A stretch of 64,000 nucleotides of DNA from an uncultured Clostridia bacterium. GTDB taxonomy: Bacteria; Bacillota; Clostridia; Christensenellales; CAG-917. Position 1 is the first letter of the stretch, and every line of letters starts with the position of its first letter. Made by a program: the position numbers and the translations under genes. The DNA lies in assembly GCA_944372795.1 (NCBI GenBank), contig CALWAF010000003.1, forward strand, positions 5,443 to 69,442, in the 5' to 3' direction. The notes beneath the pieces are model-generated. The model was not told where the DNA came from, searched no databases, and was given only the letters and a program-made list of their open reading frames with translations. This document shows positions 31,841-41,021 of the stretch, one piece after another.

Positions 31841-32126
31841 GCGCGGCGCTCAAGAGGGCTTCGCCCTGTGAGCGCTTGGTGAGCGGCTCCACTCCAAACG
31901 AGATAACGTCGTGTCGGAGGACGTCACGCTCAAGCGGCGCGTGATTTCGTCTTCGAAAATGTGTACGTCGTGTTCAAGCACGCTCCGAATAAGTGCACGT
32001 TTTGCGGCTCCACTTCGAACCAGATAACGTCGGGTCATGCGACGTCACGCTCAAGCGGCGCGTAAGACCGTCTCCAAAACAGGATCGTCGTGTTCAAGCA
32101 CGCACGCTCAAAGTGTGCGTTATGCC
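31841..32126. repeat. H hairpin plus two tandem 121-bp repeat units
   Basis: Units at 31885-32005 and 32006-32126. By my count 51 of the first 60 positions are identical. Preceded by the conserved H hairpin (31841-31884). Confidence 0.85.
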
Positions 32127-32252
32127 ACTACAACGGCAAAGCATTGCCTCCGAGTTTTATATCATTCCTCACAAGCGCGCGGGGGATAATACTCCCTTCG
32201 TGGTGTAATGGTGGTGGCATCGCAATTTTGTCAATAAGTTGTGAAAAAACGC

Positions 32253-32281
32253 TTTTTAATCGCAAGATGTTGTGGTATAAT
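32253..32281 (+). promoter_or_regulatory. Candidate gyrB promoter with extended -10 (TGGTATAAT)
   Basis: TG at 32273-32274 and TATAAT at 32276-32281. Weak -35 TTTTTA at 32253-32258. About 70-nt leader with a GGGAG RBS. Confidence 0.45.
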
Positions 32282-32354
32282 CACTTTATAATTCTATATT
32301 TATGTCCTGCGCGCGGCACGCGTACGTGCGTGTCGGCGAGGGGCAGGGAGTTTT

Positions 32355-34322
32355 ATGGCGCAGGAACAGGCATACAAGGCTAGCGACATCCGCGTTCTCG
32401 AAGGGCTGGACGCGGTGAGGAAGCGTCCCGGTATGTACATCGGCACGACGGGGTCGAAGGGGATGCATCACATCTTGTGGGAGATCATCGACAACTGTGT
32501 GGACGAGGTCTCCAACGGTTTCGGCGATACGGTGACCATCGAGCTTCTGGACGGCAACATCGCGCGCGTCAGCGACAACGGACGCGGCATCCCCGTCGAC
32601 AAACATCCCAAGCTCAAGATCAGCGGCGTGGAAGTGGTGTTCACCCAGCTTCATGCGGGGGCGAAGTTCGACAACGGGCAGTACGCCTACTCGGGCGGTC
32701 TGCACGGCGTGGGGGCGTCCGTCACGAACGCGCTCTCGGAGTGGCTCACCGTGGAAGTGAAGAGGGACGGACATCTTTATCGTGCCGAGTTCCATTCGCC
32801 GCAGATAGGCGGCAAGATCAAGAGCGGCGTAGTCAAGACCCCGCTCACCCTCGTGGGCAAGACCAAGGAGAAGGGCACCACCGTCACTTTCAAGCCCGAC
32901 GAAAGGGTGTTCGGCAGCGAGGAATTCAAGTATGACGAAGTCACAGAGCGTATGCGTGAGGTGGCATATCTCAACCGCGGCGTCACCATCGTGGTGCAGG
33001 ACAACCGTCTTCCCCTCGGCGGGGGCACGTTCAGGCGCGACGTCTTCTGCTATAAGGGCGGCATCGCGGACTACGTGCAATATCTCAACGAGGGCAGGAC
33101 GACCCTTTACGACAAGCCTCTTTACGTCGAGGCGAAAGAGGACAAATTCGAGGTGGCGGTCTCCATCCAGCACACCGACGGTTATTCGGAGAGCATCCAC
33201 TCCTACGTCAACAACATCCCCACTCCCGAGGGCGGCACGCACGAGGTGGGCTTCAAGTCCGCCGTCACCCGCGTCTTCAACGATTTCGCGCGCAAGAACA
33301 ACATCCTGAAGGACAAGCAGGCGAACCTGCTCGGCGAGGATTTCAGGGAGGGCATGGTGGCGGTCATCACCGTCAAGATGCAGAACGTGCAGTTCGAGGG
33401 ACAGACCAAGGGAAGACTTGGCAATCCCGAGGTGAAGAGCAAGGTGGAGAACCTTGTCGCCGAAAAGCTGGAGGCGCTCATCGGGATGCGCGGCTTCAAG
33501 AGTTCGGCGGAGAAGATAGTCGCAAAAGCGATGGGTGCGGCAAGGTCTAGAGAGGCGGCGAAGCGCGCCAAGGACATAGCCCGCCAGCAGAACAAACTCA
33601 ACGGCTCCAACCTCATCGGCAAGTTGAGCAGCTGCACGGGCAGGAATGCTTCCGTCAACGAGCTGTTCATCGTGGAGGGCGACTCCGCGGGCGGCAGCGC
33701 GAAGCAGGCGAGGGATCGCAGCTTCCAAGCCATACTTCCCCTGCGCGGCAAGCCCCTCAACGTCGAGAAAGCGCCTTTGGAAAAGATCCTTGCCAATGAG
33801 GAGATATCCACCATCATCAGCGCGCTGGGCACGGGCATAGAGCCCAACTTCGACATCGAAGACCTGAAGTACGACAAGGTCATCATCCTCGCCGATGCCG
33901 ACCAAGACGGCGCGCACATCAGGGCGCTTCTGCTCACCTTCTTTTTCCGTTATATGCGTCCGCTCATCACCGAAGGGCACGTCTACATCGGTATGCCTCC
34001 GCTCTACAAGATGCAGAAGAAGGACGAGGTGCGCTACTACTACGACGACGCTGCCCTCGAAGAGGGCAGGAAGGAGATGGGCAAAGCGGCGCTGTTGCAG
34101 CGTTTCAAGGGTCTCGGCGAGATGAACCCGGAGCAGCTGTGGGACACGACGATGGATCCCGCCCACCGCGCACTCACCCGCGTCACGGTGGAGGACGCCG
34201 CCGCTGCCGACAAACGCATAAGCATACTCATGGGCGACGACAGCACCGTGAGGAAGGAATACATCTATAAGTACGCCGACTTCAACCGCGTGGACGACTT
34301 CGCGGTGAGTGAAGGGAACTAG
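32355..34322 (+). CDS. gyrB: DNA gyrase subunit B
   Basis: YKASDIRVLEGLDAVRKRPGMYIG N-terminus. GGLHGVGASV, EGDSAGGSAKQARDR and ILADADQDGAHI motifs. Confidence 0.98.
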   Translation: MAQEQAYKASDIRVLEGLDAVRKRPGMYIGTTGSKGMHHILWEIIDNCVDEVSNGFGDTVTIELLDGNIARVSDNGRGIPVDKHPKLKISGVEVVFTQLHAGAKFDNGQYAYSGGLHGVGASVTNALSEWLTVEVKRDGHLYRAEFHSPQIGGKIKSGVVKTPLTLVGKTKEKGTTVTFKPDERVFGSEEFKYDEVTERMREVAYLNRGVTIVVQDNRLPLGGGTFRRDVFCYKGGIADYVQYLNEGRTTLYDKPLYVEAKEDKFEVAVSIQHTDGYSESIHSYVNNIPTPEGGTHEVGFKSAVTRVFNDFARKNNILKDKQANLLGEDFREGMVAVITVKMQNVQFEGQTKGRLGNPEVKSKVENLVAEKLEALIGMRGFKSSAEKIVAKAMGAARSREAAKRAKDIARQQNKLNGSNLIGKLSSCTGRNASVNELFIVEGDSAGGSAKQARDRSFQAILPLRGKPLNVEKAPLEKILANEEISTIISALGTGIEPNFDIEDLKYDKVIILADADQDGAHIRALLLTFFFRYMRPLITEGHVYIGMPPLYKMQKKDEVRYYYDDAALEEGRKEMGKAALLQRFKGLGEMNPEQLWDTTMDPAHRALTRVTVEDAAAADKRISILMGDDSTVRKEYIYKYADFNRVDDFAVSEGN

Positions 34323-34337
34323 GGATAAGGGCTGATC

Positions 34338-36755
34338 ATGGCAAAGAGCAAGAAGAACGAACATCTGCAGTACACCGCGGCGGTCTATGACGTCGTCTTC
34401 GAAGAGGTCATGCACAACAGCATGTTGCCGTATTCCGAGAACGTCATTCTCGACCGCGCGCTCCCGAGGGTGGAGGACGGGCTCAAACCCGTGCAGAGGC
34501 GCATCCTTTACGCCATGCACGAGATGGGGCTCACCCCCGACAAGCCGTACAAGAAATCGGCGCGTATCGTGGGCGACTGCCTCGGCAAATATCATCCGCA
34601 CGGCGACAGCTCCGTCTACGGCGCGATGGTGAGGATGGCGCAGCCCTTCTCCATGAGGATGAAGCTCATCGACGGGCACGGCAACTTCGGCTCCGCCGAC
34701 GGCGATCCGCCCGCCGCGATGAGGTACACCGAGGCGCGTATGAGCCCGCTTGCTCTCGAACTTTTGCGCGATCTCGACAAGGATACCGTGACGTGGAGCC
34801 CCAACTTCGATGACAGTATGGAGGAGCCCAATATGCTCCCCGGCAGGTTCCCCAACCTTCTCGTCAACGGCGCGAGCGGCATCGCGGTGGGTCTTGCCAC
34901 CAACATCCCGCCGCACAATATGGGTGAGGCGATAGACGCCGTGGTCGCCGTCATCGACGATCCGAAGATCACCACCGCGCAGCTTCTGAAGGTCATACAC
35001 GGGCCCGACTTCCCGACGGGCGGGTTCGTCATCCCCGTGGACAGCATGGAGAGCATCTACGAGACGGGCAAGGGCAGGCTCAAACTGCGTGCGCGTCTGC
35101 ACGTCGAGGATGACGGCGGCAGGAAGAACATCGTCATCACCGAGATGCCTTATCAGGTGTCCAAGGCGGACGTGCTGAAGTCCGTCGCCGACCTGCGCGA
35201 GAAGAACAAGGAGCTGCTCGGCGGGATAAGCGAGATCCTCGACGAGTCGGACAAGACGGGTATGCGTGCCGTCATAAAGCTGAAGCGCGAGGCGGATGCG
35301 GGCAAGATCGTCTCTTTCCTCATGAAGAAGACGAACCTCGAGGTGGGCTATTCCGTGAACATGGTCGCGATAGCAGCAGGCAAGCCCGAACAGATGGGTC
35401 TGAAAGACATCCTCACCTATTACGTTGCCTATCAGCGCGACATCATCGTGCGCAGGACCACCTTCGACCTCAAAGCCGCAAAACAGCGCGCCGAGATCGT
35501 GAGAGGTCTGCTCATAGCCATACGCAACATCGACGAAGTCATCCGCATCATCAAATCGTCGGAGTCCACCCCCAAGGCGAAACTCGCCCTGCGCGAGCGG
35601 TTCGACCTCACGGACGATCAGGCGCAGGCGATCGTGGATATGCGCCTCAAAGCGCTCACTCACCTCGAGGTGGGCAAGTTGGAAGAGGAGCTGGCGGAGC
35701 TGGAAAAACGCATCGCCTATCTCACTGCGGTGCTCGCCTCGCCGAAAAAGCAGTATAACGTCATCAAGGAAGAGATCCTCGCCATAAAGAAGGCGATGAA
35801 CGCCCCCCGCGTTTCCGTCATCCTCGACGGCGACGACGACAATGTGGAACTGCCCACCGCAGAGGAAGCGGTGAGCTACCGCGACGGCGTGCTGGTGCGC
35901 TCGGAGGAAGGCACCCTCCGTTTCATGTCGCAGAAGAACTGGTCGGCGTTCGTGAAAGACAATGCCGCCATACGCAGCGAGCTGCCCGCAGAGGCTGTCG
36001 CAGTCAACAACAAGGGGTGGATCTACGCCTTCACCGACAGAGGTAACATCGCGCGGCTGGACGTCACCGACATCCAAGAGCGCAAGTGGAAAGAGAAGGG
36101 GATGAACCTTTCGCAGTTCAACCGCGAGCTGCATCCCGACGAGAAGGCGGTGAGGATAATGTTCTTCCCGTCCACTCCCGTGGGAGAGCTGGTCTTCTTC
36201 ACGCGCGGCGGTGCGGTCAAGCGCAGCGATTGGAACGATTTCACTTCCATGCGCACGGCGGGCAGCGCCATCATACTCGCGGAGGGCGACGAGCTCATCA
36301 ACGTCGAAAACGTCAACGACGACCTCAATGTGCTGGAAGTGACCGAAGGCGGGCTTTGCCTCGTCTACCGCGTCACCGAGGTGCCGGTGCAGGGGAGAAA
36401 GGCGGCGGGCGTGCGCGGCGTCAAGCTCTCGGAAGGGGACAGGATCGCGTTCGGCGGGCAGATCGACGACGAGGGCGAGATCATCGTCATGACTGACACG
36501 GGATACGTCAAGCGCGTCATCGCCTCCACCATCGACCCCGGCTCGCGCTATCTCAAGGGCGTCAAGATCGTCGAGCTCGACCGAGGCAAGGTGGCGTACA
36601 TCGACACCGTCAAGATGCCCTACGACCTCGCGGTGGCGTCGGGCGGCGACACTTTCCGCATCAACACGGAGGACATCAGGCTGGACACCCGCACCACAAA
36701 GGGCAAACTTATGTTCAAAGCGGGCATCACGGGAGCGGCGAGGCTCCCCGAATGA
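34338..36755 (+). CDS. gyrA: DNA gyrase subunit A
   Basis: [34 protein letters not shown] (QRDR) and the active-site [10 protein letters not shown]. Confidence 0.98.
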   Translation: MAKSKKNEHLQYTAAVYDVVFEEVMHNSMLPYSENVILDRALPRVEDGLKPVQRRILYAMHEMGLTPDKPYKKSARIVGDCLGKYHPHGDSSVYGAMVRMAQPFSMRMKLIDGHGNFGSADGDPPAAMRYTEARMSPLALELLRDLDKDTVTWSPNFDDSMEEPNMLPGRFPNLLVNGASGIAVGLATNIPPHNMGEAIDAVVAVIDDPKITTAQLLKVIHGPDFPTGGFVIPVDSMESIYETGKGRLKLRARLHVEDDGGRKNIVITEMPYQVSKADVLKSVADLREKNKELLGGISEILDESDKTGMRAVIKLKREADAGKIVSFLMKKTNLEVGYSVNMVAIAAGKPEQMGLKDILTYYVAYQRDIIVRRTTFDLKAAKQRAEIVRGLLIAIRNIDEVIRIIKSSESTPKAKLALRERFDLTDDQAQAIVDMRLKALTHLEVGKLEEELAELEKRIAYLTAVLASPKKQYNVIKEEILAIKKAMNAPRVSVILDGDDDNVELPTAEEAVSYRDGVLVRSEEGTLRFMSQKNWSAFVKDNAAIRSELPAEAVAVNNKGWIYAFTDRGNIARLDVTDIQERKWKEKGMNLSQFNRELHPDEKAVRIMFFPSTPVGELVFFTRGGAVKRSDWNDFTSMRTAGSAIILAEGDELINVENVNDDLNVLEVTEGGLCLVYRVTEVPVQGRKAAGVRGVKLSEGDRIAFGGQIDDEGEIIVMTDTGYVKRVIASTIDPGSRYLKGVKIVELDRGKVAYIDTVKMPYDLAVASGGDTFRINTEDIRLDTRTTKGKLMFKAGITGAARLPE

Positions 36756-36779
36756 GGAAGGAAGGAAACAGGAAGGATT

Positions 36780-38267
36780 ATGAAAAAGATAGGTTTTGAC
36801 AGCGAAATGTATATGCAGAAGCAGTCCGAGAAGATCCTGGAGCGCATCTCCAAGTTCGGCAAGCTCTATCTCGAGTTCGGCGGCAAGCTCTTCGACGATC
36901 TGCACGCGGCAAGGGTACTCCCCGGGTTCGACAAAGCCGCAAAGATAAAACTTCTGCAAAAGCTCAAGGACAAGGCGGAGCTCATCATCTGCATCAACGC
37001 GGGCGACATCGAGAAGAACAAGGTGCGCGCCGACTACGGCATCACCTACGGCAGCGAAGTGGAACGCATGATCGACAATATCTCGGGCATGGGCATCTAC
37101 ATAAACTGCGTGGTCATCACGATGTTCGCCGATCAGCAGGCGGCGCTCGCGTATAAGTATAAGCTGGAAAACCGCGGCATAAAGGTCTATCTCCACCGTC
37201 CCACCAAGGGCTATCCGCACGAGATCGACACCATCGTCTCCGACGAAGGCTACGGCGCAAACCCCTACATCACCACCTCCCGTCCCCTCGTGGTGGCGAC
37301 GGCTCCCGGCCCCGGCAGCGGCAAGCTCGCCACCTGTCTCAGCCAGCTCTATCACGAGTTCAAACGCGGAGTGAAGGCGGGATATGCCAAGTTCGAGACC
37401 TTCCCCATCTGGAACCTTCCCCTCGGGCACCCCGTCAACGTCGCGTATGAGGCGGCGACGGCGGACCTTAAGGACGTCAATAAGGTGGACAACTTCCACC
37501 TCGAAGCATACGGCAAGATGGCGGTCAACTACAACCGCGACATCGAGGTGTTCCCCGTTGTCAGGAGCATCCTCACCAAGATCTCGGACACCGAGCTCGT
37601 CTATCGCTCGCCCACGGATATGGGCGTCAATATGGCGGGATACTGCATCACCGACGACGAGGCGTGCAGGGAGGCGAGCAAGCAGGAGGTCATCCGCAGA
37701 TATTTCAAGGCGCTCGTCGATTTCAAGAACGGCGTCGCCAAGCCCTCCACCGTGCACAGGCTGGAGTTTCTGATGTCCGGTCTCGGCATCTCGCCCGCGG
37801 ACAGAAAGGTGGCTGCGGCGGCGAGGGAGAAGAGCGCGGCGAACGGCGACTGCGGCGCGGTGGCGATCGAGCTTCCCTGCGGCACGACGGTGACGGGCAA
37901 GAACACCGAGATGATGTCCGCATCCGCCGCGTGCGTGTTCAATGCGGTCAAGGTGCTTGCGGGCATAGACGACTCCGTCAAGCTCATCTCGCCCTACGTC
38001 ATCGGGCCCATCCTCGACCTCAAGACCAAGATACTCAACGAGAGGGAAAACCCGCTCACTCTCGAGGAAGCCCTGCTCGCCCTCTCCATCTGCGCCGCCA
38101 CCGACCCCAACGCGGCAAGGGCGACGGAGCAGCTGGTCAAGCTCAAAGATACGGAGGCGCACTCCACTCATATGCTCATCAAAGCGGATGAGAACCCCTT
38201 CCGCAAACTGGGGGTAAATCTCACTTGCGACCCCGAGTTTCTGGACAACCATCTTTACAGCAACTGA
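36780..38267 (+). CDS. DUF1846 (UPF0371) family protein
   Basis: MKKIGFDSEMYMQKQSEKILERI...LYLEFGGKLFDDLHAARVLPGF is the characteristic N-terminus of this family. 495 aa. Confidence 0.85.
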   Translation: MKKIGFDSEMYMQKQSEKILERISKFGKLYLEFGGKLFDDLHAARVLPGFDKAAKIKLLQKLKDKAELIICINAGDIEKNKVRADYGITYGSEVERMIDNISGMGIYINCVVITMFADQQAALAYKYKLENRGIKVYLHRPTKGYPHEIDTIVSDEGYGANPYITTSRPLVVATAPGPGSGKLATCLSQLYHEFKRGVKAGYAKFETFPIWNLPLGHPVNVAYEAATADLKDVNKVDNFHLEAYGKMAVNYNRDIEVFPVVRSILTKISDTELVYRSPTDMGVNMAGYCITDDEACREASKQEVIRRYFKALVDFKNGVAKPSTVHRLEFLMSGLGISPADRKVAAAAREKSAANGDCGAVAIELPCGTTVTGKNTEMMSASAACVFNAVKVLAGIDDSVKLISPYVIGPILDLKTKILNERENPLTLEEALLALSICAATDPNAARATEQLVKLKDTEAHSTHMLIKADENPFRKLGVNLTCDPEFLDNHLYSN

Positions 38268-38295
38268 CGTTCATCTGACAAGATCGGAGGATAAA

Positions 38296-39255
38296 ATGCC
38301 GTTTCGGGCAAAAACGGAAAACAAAGCGGCTCTCGCGGCGAATGACGCCTCGGACGCCGCGAAGGAGAGAAAGACCAAGATCGCAGTCGCTTCGTCGGCG
38401 AGCGCGGTCAATCTCGTGCTGGGCATCGTAAAGGTGCTGGCGGGCATCTACACCAACAGTCTCGCCATAGTCACGGACGGGGTGAACAACTTCGGCGACG
38501 TCGTCTCCAACGCGGGCGCGGCGATAGGTTTCGGGGTGGAGAACAAGCCCCCGACGCGCCGTTTCCCGGGAGGGTTCGGCAGGGTGGAGTATGTCGTCAC
38601 CTTCCTTATGGCGATCATCATCGTCGCGGTGGGCGGAGGCTTCGCTTATTCGGCGATGGACAGGATATTCTATCATCCCGTCGTCACCTTTGCGTGGACG
38701 CAGTTCGGCATCATCGCCGCCACCATCGCGGTCAAGGTAGGGCTTGCCGTCATGTTCCGCATCGCGGGGAAGAAGTTCCCGTCCGGCGTGCTCTCGGCGC
38801 AGACCACCGACAGCGTGCTGGACGCGTGCATAACCACGTTCGCGCTGCTCGGGCTCTTCCTTTCGCGGTATATACAGTTCCCCGTGGACGCCGTCATCGG
38901 GCTGGTCATCAGCGCCGTGATGATAGTTTCGGGCATGAAACTCGCAGCGGAAGAGTTCATGCGTCTGGCGGGCGGGGCGGACCCGAAGAGAGAAAACGGG
39001 CTTAAAAACCTCGCACTTTCGTTCAAAGGCGTGACGGACGCGCGCGTGAGAGTGTATGATTTCGGCACAAAGCATGCGGAAGCGACGGTGGAGCTCATTT
39101 GGGAAGACGGTCCGACGCAGGAGGAAAGGGCTTCTGCGGAGGACAGGATCGCGGCATCGGCACGAAGACACGGCATCTTGGTGACCTTTGTGCGGTCCGG
39201 TGAAACAGGAACAACGATCGCCGCCGTTGACACGGCGGATAAGGAGGGACAATGA
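38296..39255 (+). CDS. Cation diffusion facilitator (CDF) family transporter
   Basis: SSASAVNLVLGIVKVLAGIYTNSLAIVTDGVNNFGDV (TM1-2 with metal-site D), six TM segments, and a C-terminal cytoplasmic domain. Confidence 0.85.
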   Translation: MPFRAKTENKAALAANDASDAAKERKTKIAVASSASAVNLVLGIVKVLAGIYTNSLAIVTDGVNNFGDVVSNAGAAIGFGVENKPPTRRFPGGFGRVEYVVTFLMAIIIVAVGGGFAYSAMDRIFYHPVVTFAWTQFGIIAATIAVKVGLAVMFRIAGKKFPSGVLSAQTTDSVLDACITTFALLGLFLSRYIQFPVDAVIGLVISAVMIVSGMKLAAEEFMRLAGGADPKRENGLKNLALSFKGVTDARVRVYDFGTKHAEATVELIWEDGPTQEERASAEDRIAASARRHGILVTFVRSGETGTTIAAVDTADKEGQ

Positions 39256-40823
39256 GACCGGAAGACGAAAAGAACAACCTTACCGGGCAGGAGGGGGTCA
39301 CCCCCGAAAGCGAAGAGACCACGGCAGCGCAGGAACAGGCCGCGGACGACAAGGCGTTTGAGGAAGGTGCGGCTGCAGCCGACCAAACGACATCCCCCGA
39401 CGCCGACGAGAACGAGGAGGAATATTTCTCCGAAAAGAAGCCTTCGAAGCGCAAAAAGAGAGTGCGTCTGAAGGACATGACCCCGGAGCAGAGGCGCCGC
39501 TACAACATCCGCGCGCTCATCATCACGGGCACCGTCTGCGGGTTGGTGCTGGTGTTCTTCGCGATATGCGCACTGTGCAGCTGGGTGGGTTACACCGGCA
39601 ACTCCGACTACATAGCCGGCATCGAGGCGGTGGACTACGACAGCCCCTTCACCCTAATCGAGCCCGAGGACAGCGAGACGGACTACTACGAGTTCGTCGC
39701 GGACAGCGCGGAGGACTCCTTCCGCGTGCTGCATCTCACGGACATCCACATCGGCGCGGGCGCATTCTCCGCGTCCAAGGACAGGTGGGCGATCGAGGCG
39801 GTGGTCGAGACCGTCAACCGTGTCCAGCCCGACCTTGTCATCGTCACGGGCGACATGGCTTATCCCGTGCCCTTCCAGGCAGGCACTTTCAACAACAAGC
39901 GCGAGGCGGAGATGTTCGCGAGCATGATGGAGAGGCTCGGGGTCTATTGGACAATCACCTTCGGCAACCACGACACGGAGATATACAGCCTCTACGACCG
40001 CGACGAGATCGCGGCGCAGGTGTATATGGACAAGGAGAGCTATCCGCATTGCCTCTTCCGTGAGGGTCCGACGGACATCGCGGGCAAGGGCAACGACGTC
40101 ATCGTCGTGAGACATCCCACCGCGGACGGCGTGGAGATCGTGGATGCGGCGAGCTACGCAGCCAACGTCGGTTCCACCAAGATCAGCCAGGCTCTGGTCA
40201 CCATCGACTCCCACTCCTACACGGACGGCGACTACTTCGGCATCGCGTGGAAGTACGACAACATTCATCAGGATCAGATCAACTGGTATGCGCGCGAGAT
40301 GGACAGACTCACGGAAATGAACGGCGGCGAGCAGGTCAAGAACCTCGTCTTCTTCCACATCCCGCTCACCGAGTACGGTGTCTATTGGAACGAGTATAAG
40401 GACAACGAACATAACGATACCGCCAACGTCCACAAAGTCCACGGGCAGGCGGGCGAGAGCGGCGAAAAATCCTTCCCCGGCGTCACTGACTGCCTCACCT
40501 TCGAGACCATGCTCACGCACGGCGGGCAGGGCACCTTCTGCGGACACGACCACTACAACACCTTCGCCATCGACGTCAAGGCGACGACGAAGGACGCGGA
40601 CGGCAACGACGTCACGGGCGTCATCAGGCTGAGCTACGGCATGAGCATAGACTATCTCGCCTACGTCGGCATCGCGAGCGACATCGAGCAGCGCGGCGGG
40701 CAGGAGATAAGGATAGACGCGGACGGCGGCTTCGCCACCCGTCATTGGGCCTACCAGGGCGATGACGCGGGCGTTGCGCTCGTTTGGCAGGAGTTCGAAG
40801 GGCTCGAGACAAAGTTCGCATGA
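39252..40823 (+). CDS. Membrane-anchored calcineurin-like metallophosphoesterase with acidic N-terminal region
   Basis: TM segment ALIITGTVCGLVLVFFAICALC. LHLTDIHIG, VTGDMAY, FGNHD and CGHDH motifs. ATGA overlap with the CDF gene. Paralogue of 11741-13096. Confidence 0.8.
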   Translation: MRPEDEKNNLTGQEGVTPESEETTAAQEQAADDKAFEEGAAAADQTTSPDADENEEEYFSEKKPSKRKKRVRLKDMTPEQRRRYNIRALIITGTVCGLVLVFFAICALCSWVGYTGNSDYIAGIEAVDYDSPFTLIEPEDSETDYYEFVADSAEDSFRVLHLTDIHIGAGAFSASKDRWAIEAVVETVNRVQPDLVIVTGDMAYPVPFQAGTFNNKREAEMFASMMERLGVYWTITFGNHDTEIYSLYDRDEIAAQVYMDKESYPHCLFREGPTDIAGKGNDVIVVRHPTADGVEIVDAASYAANVGSTKISQALVTIDSHSYTDGDYFGIAWKYDNIHQDQINWYAREMDRLTEMNGGEQVKNLVFFHIPLTEYGVYWNEYKDNEHNDTANVHKVHGQAGESGEKSFPGVTDCLTFETMLTHGGQGTFCGHDHYNTFAIDVKATTKDADGNDVTGVIRLSYGMSIDYLAYVGIASDIEQRGGQEIRIDADGGFATRHWAYQGDDAGVALVWQEFEGLETKFA

Positions 40824-40843
40824 GCAAAGCCGAACGGACTGAA

Positions 40844-40881
40844 AAGCATCTCCGCATGCGTGCGGAGATGCTTTGAATTTT
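40844..40881 (+). terminator. Rho-independent terminator
   Basis: AAGCATCTCCGCA-TGCG-TGCGGAGATGCTT (13-bp stem) followed by TGAATTTT. Confidence 0.75.
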
Positions 40882-41021
40882 GCGGAGCGTCTTAAAAAGG
40901 GCGCGCGCAGGGCATAATCACGATGCGTTGCGTCGTGCTCATGCTGCGGAGGCGCGGCGCCGTCTCACGACGTGCAACCGCATTATACAGATAGTCGGCG
41001 GGTGCCGGCAGGAGAGCAGGT

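Noticed and set aside
31841-32126. Tandem repeats considered as a possible CRISPR array
   Set aside because: There are only two 121-bp units, directly abutting with no unique spacers. The unit length is far outside the CRISPR repeat range, and no cas genes are in the window.
31337-32354. The long non-coding region upstream of gyrB considered as a replication origin
   Set aside because: I found no clustered DnaA boxes (TTATCCACA or close variants) and no dnaA/dnaN/recF nearby. The AT-rich stretch at 32220-32300 is better explained as the gyrB promoter.
32286-38252. 1,988-aa ORF on the minus strand spanning gyrB, gyrA and DUF1846
   Set aside because: It lies exactly codon-opposite to three well-supported sense genes. 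Its translation is low-complexity (R/H/D/V/G/A/L-rich) and it has no RBS or promoter context. It is explained by the absence of TTA/CTA/TCA sense codons in a GC-rich genome.
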